A DNA stretch of 23,074 nt from an uncultured Dehalococcoidia bacterium (lineage in GTDB: Bacteria > Chloroflexota > Dehalococcoidia > Lucifugimonadales > UBA3495). Under the pieces are notes generated by a model. The model saw only the letters and a program-made list of their open reading frames with translations, searched no databases and was not told where the DNA came from. Below, piece by piece: positions 16,768 to 23,074 of the stretch (position 1 is the first letter of the stretch; every line of letters starts with the position of its first letter). The stretch lies in the NCBI GenBank assembly GCA_950072105.1, contig CATMOE010000056.1, positions 1 to 23,074 of the forward strand. The letters are read 5' to 3'. A program made the position numbers and the translations under genes.

Positions 16768-18545
16768 GGGGAACCTTCTCCCTTTGACGCTGCGGCAAAT
16801 ACTCCCATACGTTCCGGTTTTGGGCTTCGGATAAAGCTCAGAAATTGGTCTCGGGGCAGAGAATTCAATATGTGACCAGGCTCGCACCAGGCCCGGCGCG
16901 CCACCGCAACGCCAAAACGACGATTGGTGAGGCCCGAGTGGTGGTGGGAATCGGTGCTGATCACCAGTGGTACCCCCAGTTCTCGGGCACGGTAAGCGTG
17001 GGTGTCTTTCAGATCCAGCCGTTCCGGAGCCGAATTTATCTCCAAGGCCGTCCCGGTGTCCCGAGCCGCTTGAAGCACCGCGTCTACGTCAAACTCAACC
17101 GGCTCCCGGCTGCCCAGGAGGCGAGTAGAAAGGTGACCGATGATGGTAACCGACGGATGAGCCATCGCTTTTATGATTCGGGCGGTCATCGTCTGGCTGT
17201 CTTGCCCCATGGCCGAGTGTACCGACGCCACAACAACGTCTAACTGGGCCAGCAGCTCGTCAGGGTAGTCCAGCGTCCCATCGGCCCGAATATCCACCTC
17301 CGACCCACAGAGAATGGCGATGGGGTATTTGCTTTGCAACGAGCGCAGGACTTGGATCTGCTGGGACAGACGTTCGTTGGAAAGACCGTTGGCTATTCCC
17401 AGACCGGAAGAATGATCGGTCAGGGCCATATAATCATAGTTCTGGTCGACGGCAGCCTGGACCATGACTTCTATAGGGTCTTGGCCGTCGCTCCAATCGC
17501 TGTGGAGATGCAGGTCGCCCCGTAGATCGGTTTCCTGCACCAGACTGGGCAATCGCCCTTCTATCGCCGCCTCCATCTCCCAAAGGCCAAGCCGCAGTTC
17601 CGGGGGAACGTATGGAAGTCCAAGGCGGGCGTAGAAGGAAACTTCGTCGGGGAATCTCTCCACCCTTCCGGTTTTCAGGTCGGTGATCCCGTACTCGTTC
17701 AGCGAAAGGCCCATGTGGTTGGCGTAGTCCCTAAGCCTCAAGTTGTGTTGTTGACTGCCGGTAAAGTATTGGAGCATGGCGCCGAAGGAATCTGGTTCGC
17801 CGATGCGTAGGTCCACCTGGATTCCGGGCTCGACCACCACGCTGGTTTTAGAGGGCCCATGAACCAGGACTTCCCGCACCATGGGCAGTGACGTCAGTGC
17901 GTTTCCAACCTGTTCCGGCTGGGCCGCCGTTCCCACCAGGTCGATATCGCCGATAGTCTCTTCCCAACGGCGCAGGCTCCCGGCGGGAAACAATTGGCCC
18001 AAGCCGGGGCATTCTTGACGTAACGCGCCGCCGATCTCTTCCGCCAACGACAGCGCTTGTCCGATCGGTGTCCGATGGTCCTTGGTAGGCATGGACCGGA
18101 TATGCCGGGCCACTGCATCGGCTGTTTTCTTACCCATTCGAGGCAGGGAGGCGACCCGGCCGTCGTTGACGGCTGCTTCCAGGGCTTCGACGGTATTGAC
18201 ACCCAATTCTTGAGCGAAAAGCATGGCTGACTTGGGACCGATGCCCGGTATAGCCATCAGATCTAGAACGCCCTCCGGCAGTTCGGTCAGAAGTTTCTGA
18301 TGAGTTGAGACCTGACCGGTGGACAGCAGTTCCCGTATCTTGTCGCTGATGGCCTTCCCAACTCCGGGAATCGTTTTGAGGTCAGTTCCGTCGTGCACCG
18401 CTTTGTCCAGAGAGAAGGACAAGTTTTCAATGGTGCGTGCCGCCCGCTGGTATGCGCGGATCTTGAAGACAGAGTCGCCCTTCATTTCCAAAAGAACGGC
18501 CATGTCCTCAAAAAGCTGAGCTATTTCATCATTGTTGACTGGCAT
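16764..18545 (-). CDS. polX: Family X DNA polymerase / 3'-5' exonuclease with PHP domain
   Basis: FKIRAYQRAA, HhH IPGVGK and IPGIGPK, GSLRR...GDIDL, QVDLR, YFTGS; PHP motifs HLHSDWSDG, TDHS, EVDI, TDSHH. Confidence 0.96.
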   Translation of the reverse strand: MPVNNDEIAQLFEDMAVLLEMKGDSVFKIRAYQRAARTIENLSFSLDKAVHDGTDLKTIPGVGKAISDKIRELLSTGQVSTHQKLLTELPEGVLDLMAIPGIGPKSAMLFAQELGVNTVEALEAAVNDGRVASLPRMGKKTADAVARHIRSMPTKDHRTPIGQALSLAEEIGGALRQECPGLGQLFPAGSLRRWEETIGDIDLVGTAAQPEQVGNALTSLPMVREVLVHGPSKTSVVVEPGIQVDLRIGEPDSFGAMLQYFTGSQQHNLRLRDYANHMGLSLNEYGITDLKTGRVERFPDEVSFYARLGLPYVPPELRLGLWEMEAAIEGRLPSLVQETDLRGDLHLHSDWSDGQDPIEVMVQAAVDQNYDYMALTDHSSGLGIANGLSNERLSQQIQVLRSLQSKYPIAILCGSEVDIRADGTLDYPDELLAQLDVVVASVHSAMGQDSQTMTARIIKAMAHPSVTIIGHLSTRLLGSREPVEFDVDAVLQAARDTGTALEINSAPERLDLKDTHAYRARELGVPLVISTDSHHHSGLTNRRFGVAVARRAWCEPGHILNSLPRDQFLSFIRSPKPERMGVFAAASKGEGSP

Positions 18546-18658
18546 GAAATCTTAAGGGATGGCGGCATTCTAGGGGAATGTAACCACCTGGGGAACATTT
18601 CTATTATACCGTCACCACCGGTCTAGCTAGCGCGGGAGACTTCGATTGGGGACGACCG

Positions 18659-19729
18659 CTAAATCGCGCCGTTGGCTGACCTAGGCGGACGATCAGCGTG
18701 GTCGGCATAACCGGCGCCCAAGACATCCACGACCAGCCGGCTCATGACCGAGGACAGATAACGGACACCGCTGATAGCCTCGGCATAGTCCATGCGGGTG
18801 GGGCCCACGACACAGATGGTGCCGCCCATATGGTTAGGAATACCGTAACGGCACAGGATCACCCCAAAAGACCGCAGGGCCTCATGGCGGTTCTCCCCAC
18901 CGATGTAGATCGCCAGGTCGTCGGCGTCCGGAGTCTCAGATAAGACACCTTCGACGAGGACCCGTTCCTCTGACATCTCAACCAGCTCGCGGGCGCGGTT
19001 TGACTGGGAGAATTCAGGCTGGTTTAGCAACAGGCGCAGGCCGTCCATATGATGGTCCAGCGGCCCTCCGGATTCCGCCTCACGCATCATATCGCTGGTA
19101 TCCCGTTTGACCCGCTCCTCGAGAGAGGAGAGTTCCAGACTATTCGATTCAATCTCAGTGTGGCTGAGCCCGCCAAGATACTCGTTCAGTCTGCTGGCCG
19201 AACGGTCTAACTCGTTGGCGGCAACGCCGTCTTCCAAAGGCAATAGCCGCCGCAGGAGGCGCGCCTCTTGCAACACCACGATAAGTAGGGCGAGACAGTC
19301 GGTTAAGTACACCAGTTGAATCTGTTTGATCCGGGGCGAGTTGGAGCGCGGTACGGTAACGATGGACAGATTGGCAGTAATTCCGGAGAGGATCGTGGCG
19401 CATTGCCTGCTCCAGGCGTCGCCATCCAGGTCTGCCCGCTCCAGGCTGTGGTGGATGCGCCGTCTTTCTTCGACCGGTAATTCCGGGACCTCTTCGATCG
19501 ACTCCAGATAGTGCCGATAGCCTAAGTCTGACGGAATGCCGCCAGCGGAAACGTGGGGCCTGGAGATATAGCCTTCCTCGGCGAGTTGGGACATGGCGTT
19601 ACGGACGGTGGATGAGCTAACTTTGGTCGGGGATAGACGCGCAATATCATCGGACGCTACTGGTATAGCGGTTTGAACATATTGATTGACCAATATGTTT
19701 AGAACGGATGCGGTTTTTGTTGAAAGCAT
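18659..19729 (-). CDS. hrcA: Heat-inducible transcription repressor
   Basis: IVNQYVQTAIPVAS-like N-terminus, VSSSTVRNAMSQL.EEGYI.RPHVSAG.IPSDLGYRHY, QPEF, IGGEN, VVGPTRMDY. Confidence 0.95.
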   Translation of the reverse strand: MLSTKTASVLNILVNQYVQTAIPVASDDIARLSPTKVSSSTVRNAMSQLAEEGYISRPHVSAGGIPSDLGYRHYLESIEEVPELPVEERRRIHHSLERADLDGDAWSRQCATILSGITANLSIVTVPRSNSPRIKQIQLVYLTDCLALLIVVLQEARLLRRLLPLEDGVAANELDRSASRLNEYLGGLSHTEIESNSLELSSLEERVKRDTSDMMREAESGGPLDHHMDGLRLLLNQPEFSQSNRARELVEMSEERVLVEGVLSETPDADDLAIYIGGENRHEALRSFGVILCRYGIPNHMGGTICVVGPTRMDYAEAISGVRYLSSVMSRLVVDVLGAGYADHADRPPRSANGAI

Positions 19730-19824
19730 AAGTACGCCGGAATATTCCTCTGCCTACTGCCGTTCTCGGCACACCCAGAGGCTTAATCTGGAAATATTTA
19801 ATGCTATGAATATGACGTGTTACG

Positions 19825-19854
19825 TTGACCGACCTATCGCCAGGTCATTATACT
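19825..19854 (+). promoter_or_regulatory. Putative sigma70 promoter, divergent from hrcA
   Basis: TTGACC-N18-TATACT, ~300 nt upstream of the next CDS. Confidence 0.55.
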
Positions 19855-19904
19855 ACTAATCTCACCGTAGGAACGAACCACCATGACTAGTTCAGGAGTG
19901 GGGC

Positions 19905-20125
19905 GGAGCGGGATGTTGAAGAAGGACACTGAGTTACACCGGCGGAAGTTTCCATTGCCTTCGTCCTCTTCGCCAACCGAGGGTCAAGCCGTATGCTGGT
20001 TGTGACTCGTCCCGGTTGGATTCCCCTTTTGCCTGCGTAGCCGATAGGTCTCGACGGCTGTCCAACGATAAGGATCGTCGATGTTGAAGAGACCAGAGGC
20101 ATCCGATCTTCCTAAAAGACTTCCG
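19905..20125 (+). ncRNA. Candidate structured RNA (6S-like rod or long 5' leader)
   Basis: No convincing ORF; several nested complementary segments found by eye (see findings). Family not identified. Confidence 0.3.
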
Positions 20126-20151
20126 ATACAGCAATTGAGCCGGAGGAATCA

Positions 20152-20796
20152 GTGGATATAACTTGGTTGGGTCACGCTTGCTTTCGCTTGAGGTCCGACG
20201 ACATAGTTGTCGTGACCGATCCCTTTCCCCTTTCCATCGGATTGCGGCCGGATGCCAGGCCGGCCACGATTGTCACCGTGAGCAACTCCCATCCGAACCA
20301 TTCTGGAACGGATGAGGTTCTGGGTGAGCCTCGGGTTTTCAACGCACCGGGTGAGTACGAGTTCCGCAGCGTTGCGGTCCGCGGAGTAATGACGCCCCAA
20401 CTACCGAACACGCCCCTGGAACAGCGCAGCGTCGCTTTTACGGTGGAGATGGACGGGGTAAACATCTGCCATCTGGGAGACATTACCGCTCCGCCCACCA
20501 CTCGGCAGATCGATGAGCTATCCCCGGTGGATGTCCTCTTGATCCCAACGGGCGGCGGATGCACGATGGACGTTGATCAGGTGCTGCAGACGATGCAGGA
20601 CTTAGCCCCTAAGGTGGTGATACCCATGCACCATAGCAATCCAGAGGTAAACGTACCACTACAAGCTGGGGACGTGTTCTTGAACCGGATGGGTTTGAGC
20701 GAGGTCCAAGCCCAACCCAGATTGAGCGCCACCGTTTCCAATCTGGGGTCAGACATGCGCGTGGTGCTTCTGGCGCCTCAAGCCCGGCCTGCTTAG
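20152..20796 (+). CDS. MBL-fold metallo-hydrolase (Lactamase_B_3-like) with degenerate metal motif
   Basis: MDITWLGHACFRL...TDPF, PGEYE, CHLGD, VDVLLIPTGG, PKVVIPMH; GGAGG RBS; HxHxDH appears as NSHPNH. Confidence 0.85.
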   Translation: MDITWLGHACFRLRSDDIVVVTDPFPLSIGLRPDARPATIVTVSNSHPNHSGTDEVLGEPRVFNAPGEYEFRSVAVRGVMTPQLPNTPLEQRSVAFTVEMDGVNICHLGDITAPPTTRQIDELSPVDVLLIPTGGGCTMDVDQVLQTMQDLAPKVVIPMHHSNPEVNVPLQAGDVFLNRMGLSEVQAQPRLSATVSNLGSDMRVVLLAPQARPA

Positions 20797-20835
20797 AGAC
20801 TATTTCGGACCGGCGTCGCTATATGGTGGACCAAG

Positions 20836-20902
20836 CTTCGAGAAGCCCAGGACGAAGGCCAAGGAATGATTTCTACCATTCGTGGTGAGCTTGCCGGGCC
20901 AC
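20836..20902. repeat. Degenerate, convergent pair of REP-like elements
   Basis: CTTCGAGAAGCCCAGGACGAAG on + and the reverse complement of 20876-20902 (GTGGCCCGGCAAGCTCACCACGAATGG), related to the element at 8702. Confidence 0.55.
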
Positions 20903-20944
20903 TTTTTGAAACAGTTGATCAGTACCGGTAACTTCCCGCTTCTT

Positions 20945-21505
20945 TTACGCAGCCCGGCGTCTTGCCGCCATTAGAATACCCATACCAAGCACTACGGAAA
21001 TCGCGCCAACTATCAACGCCATCCTGGGTATTGCCGTGACCGCAACGTCTCCCGGCACGGGCAAAGACGCGGTTGGTGTAACGGTGGGCAGGGGAGTAGG
21101 TACGGGTATCCTGTCGGAGAAATTCAGGTCCAACGTAAAGTTATCGGTAGCCGCCGCAAAATCCACTGTTTCCAACGCCTGGATACGCCCAAAATTATTG
21201 GCCAGGTAGAAGTAAATCGAATGGCCCACCAGAGAACGGTCGGTAGGATTTACTACCAATCCACTGTATGCGCCTCCCTCTTTTATCCCGACGACCTCGC
21301 TTTTGTAGATCAAGCAGTCATCGATGCAAGCGAAAAGCCTCATTCCTAGGGGAGGGGAGCTGCTTTGGACAACGGCGCGGCCGGAGAACGCGTCTGGGCC
21401 GAAGGGTTGTGGGGGTTTATCTTGACGTGGCGAAGCTGCCAAAGTAACAACCATCGCAAAATATAGGGCTAACGCAAATCCCAAGTAGGGAAATCCTTTC
21501 CGCAC
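20945..21505 (-). CDS. Exported protein with Pro/Thr linker and LPxTG-like C-terminal anchor
   Basis: Start moved to GTG 21505 (GGAGG at 21517-21513); signal-peptide-like MRKGFPYLGFALALYFAMVVTLAA; C-terminus PVPTPLPTVTPTAS-LPVPGD-...-MALIVGAISVVLGMGILMAA-RRRAA. Confidence 0.75.
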   Translation of the reverse strand: MRKGFPYLGFALALYFAMVVTLAASPRQDKPPQPFGPDAFSGRAVVQSSSPPLGMRLFACIDDCLIYKSEVVGIKEGGAYSGLVVNPTDRSLVGHSIYFYLANNFGRIQALETVDFAAATDNFTLDLNFSDRIPVPTPLPTVTPTASLPVPGDVAVTAIPRMALIVGAISVVLGMGILMAARRRAA

Positions 21506-21710
21506 CACCGCACCTCCCAGTCCTATGAGCACCGGCTCGACAAAGGACCTCACTCCGTCCTCTTTTATATACTGAAGCATGCGCGGCCTGATTTGCAACT
21601 GATGGGAGCACTGGTTGCGCCGACTTTATAAATAATGTGGTGATCCACGAAGGTCTGAGTTGGCAACTATCAGAGGTTTTTCGAATTCAAGTCCGGAGAA
21701 GAGCAAATAT

Positions 21711-21743
21711 AAAGGGCTCCCGGCTTTCCGCCGGGAGCCCTTT
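21711..21743 (-). terminator. Intrinsic terminator after the collagen-like gene
   Basis: AAAGGGCTCCCGGC-N5-GCCGGGAGCCCTTT, perfect 14-bp inverted repeat; T-rich tail on the minus strand. Confidence 0.85.
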
Positions 21744-21767
21744 GGCCTAAACTGGGATATCGTGGTT

Positions 21768-22499
21768 TTAAGACCGGCGACCCATCACGAAGGCGCCGCC
21801 CGCTCCTATCGCAGCCACGATGGCTATGATGAGAGCAATAACAGCCAGAGAACCGCCACCACCGGCAGCACCGACAGCCCCAGCAGGACCGGCGGGGCCA
21901 GCCGCTCCGTCCGAGCCAGCGGAACCGGCGGGGCCAGCCGCTCCAGCCGAACCAGAGGAACCGGCGGGGCCAGCGGCACCGGCGGAACCGGCAGGGCCTT
22001 TGGCGCCCGCAGCACCTGCGGCGCCTGCTTTACCGGAAGCTCCGCCAGGTCCGGCGGGTCCAGGTCCGCCTCCGGGTCCGGGGGCACCGGCCTTACCAGC
22101 TGGCCCAGCTGGCCCAGCCGGGCCAGCGACAGGCGAAGGGGCCAGGACGGGGGCCGCCGTCAGATTAATTACATCGCCACCATCAGGCTCCCAGGTCCCT
22201 CTTTCCGGAGCTTCGGACTCGGCGACCATGAACACGACTTCTTTGCCGGCAAAAGCCCCGCCCGGGGGTTGGGAGATCATCAAGGCATAGGCGCCGTCGG
22301 CCGCAGTGGTCAACGCAACTTGTTCACCGTCGATCCAAGCGGACACGGCAGTCCCATCGGGAGCGGGGGCGCCGTCCCAGGTGACAGTCCCACCGAATAC
22401 CGAAGGCAACGGTGGTTGCGCTTGAGCCAAGACCACAGCCGGGATGGCCAGTAGCAATGCTATTACAGCCAGTGAGGCCAGGATGCTAAATTTCGTCAC
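21768..22499 (-). CDS. Exported, membrane-anchored collagen-like protein (243 aa)
   Basis: GTG 22499 after AAGGAGG; signal peptide ending AVVLA-QAQ; ~90-aa globular domain; 29 uninterrupted Gly-X-Y triplets; GGGGS, TM helix, MGRRS. Confidence 0.88.
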   Translation of the reverse strand: MTKFSILASLAVIALLLAIPAVVLAQAQPPLPSVFGGTVTWDGAPAPDGTAVSAWIDGEQVALTTAADGAYALMISQPPGGAFAGKEVVFMVAESEAPERGTWEPDGGDVINLTAAPVLAPSPVAGPAGPAGPAGKAGAPGPGGGPGPAGPGGASGKAGAAGAAGAKGPAGSAGAAGPAGSSGSAGAAGPAGSAGSDGAAGPAGPAGAVGAAGGGGSLAVIALIIAIVAAIGAGGAFVMGRRS

Positions 22500-22729
22500 G
22501 GGTTCCTCCTTATATGTTAATGCGGGAGTGCAGATTGATCCCACAGCTTGGTCAATTAACGTAACGTATGTTACTTACGACGATCTATGATGCCCTATTA
22601 CGGTAGAATTTGCAACGCTTCGGGGATGTCGGATGTAACGAGTTTTTGTCCGTTCGGCGCTCCGAGAACCCGATGATGCTTCATTTGGCTGCGGGATAAA
22701 GCCTCCTGAGCAAGATTTAGCTTATAGAA

Positions 22730-22759
22730 AGGGCGCCCTGCAGCCTTGCGGGACGCCCT
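22730..22759 (-). terminator. Probable intrinsic terminator after the second collagen-like gene
   Basis: Minus strand AGGGCGTCCCGCA-AGGC-TGCAGGGCGCCCT followed by TTCTAT; imperfect stem. Confidence 0.55.
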
Positions 22760-22798
22760 ACACGTTCGCTATCAGATGGGAAATAGGTGGATGGCCCC

Positions 22799-23061
22799 TT
22801 AGCGCCTGCCACCCATCACTATGCCGCCACCCGCGGCAACCAAGGCTACGACAGCGACGATCAGAGCGATGATACTCATCATGCCACCACCGGTGGCAGC
22901 TTCTCCGGCGGCCCCGTCCGCACCGGCCGACCCGGCCGACCCGGCAGGACCGGAAGGACCGGCAGCTCCGGCAGGACCGGCAGCTCCAGCAGCGCCATCG
23001 GCGCCATCAGAACCGGCAACACCTGCGGTACCAGCCGCACCGGCATCTCCTTTCGCGCCGG
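22799..23061 (-). CDS. 3' fragment of a second collagen-like membrane-anchored protein (5' end outside the window; absent from the ORF track)
   Basis: Manual translation GAKGDAGAAGTAGVAGSDGADGAAGAAGPAGAAGPSGPAGSAGSAGADGAAGEAATGGGMMSIIALIVAVVALVAAGGGIVMGGRR-stop (TAA 22801-22799). Confidence 0.88.
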
Positions 23062-23074
23062 AGATCGGAAGAGC
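23062..23074 (+). other. Illumina adapter remnant (assembly artefact)
   Basis: The terminal 13 nt are exactly AGATCGGAAGAGC, the TruSeq adapter prefix. Confidence 0.93.

Noticed and set aside
16768..16887. N-terminal extension of the hypothetical gene overlapping polX by 120 nt
   Set aside because: ATG 16767 with an ATGA overlap and SD-like sequence is the more plausible start.
18590..18610. LexA box upstream of polX
   Set aside because: Only one GAAC half-site next to a TATAAT; no matching GTTC half at 4-nt spacing.
19730..19860. CIRCE operator upstream of hrcA
   Set aside because: No TTAGCACTC-N9-GAGTGCTAA match seen, and no grpE/dnaK/groE genes are adjacent.
19985..20040. c-di-GMP-I riboswitch on the minus strand (GGCAAA...GGGACG)
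   Set aside because: Lacks the GAAA tetraloop stem and the GCAAA following GGGAC.
21660..22454. Long + strand Gly/Ala/Pro/Arg-rich ORFs (21660-22454, 21820-22290)
   Set aside because: Antisense shadows of the GC-rich collagen repeat; the minus-strand gene has the RBS, signal peptide and terminator.

Overview
Mostly core chromosome of a bacterium whose gene content suggests Chloroflexota/Dehalococcoidia, possibly SAR202-like (inference from a Mer-like LLM oxidoreductase, 4-domain S1, Ycf45-like ATPase, HrcA and PolX). Left end: the edge of an integrative element (CGNR-zinc-finger-like gene plus tyrosine integrase) abutting the 3' end of tRNA-Phe(GAA). Then pdxS-pdxT-hypothetical-AAA/R3H-tmk on +; a selenoprotein missed by the ORF track (Rdx/SelW-like, CVPU motif, with a SECIS-like hairpin), an LLM oxidoreductase, aroC and aroE on -; a two-gene + strand cassette encoding a metal-type MerR regulator (19-bp-spacer promoter) and an 80-aa, 12-Cys protein with three DCGCGC clusters (candidate new metallothionein, the most novel element here); valS, S1, hypothetical, polX and hrcA on -; a structured ~290-nt intergenic region and an MBL-fold gene on +; and a cluster of exported surface proteins on - (one with an LPxTG-like tail, two collagen-like with a Gly-rich/TM/RR tail). 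The last 13 nt are Illumina adapter sequence. All calls were made by reading the sequence; no searches were run.
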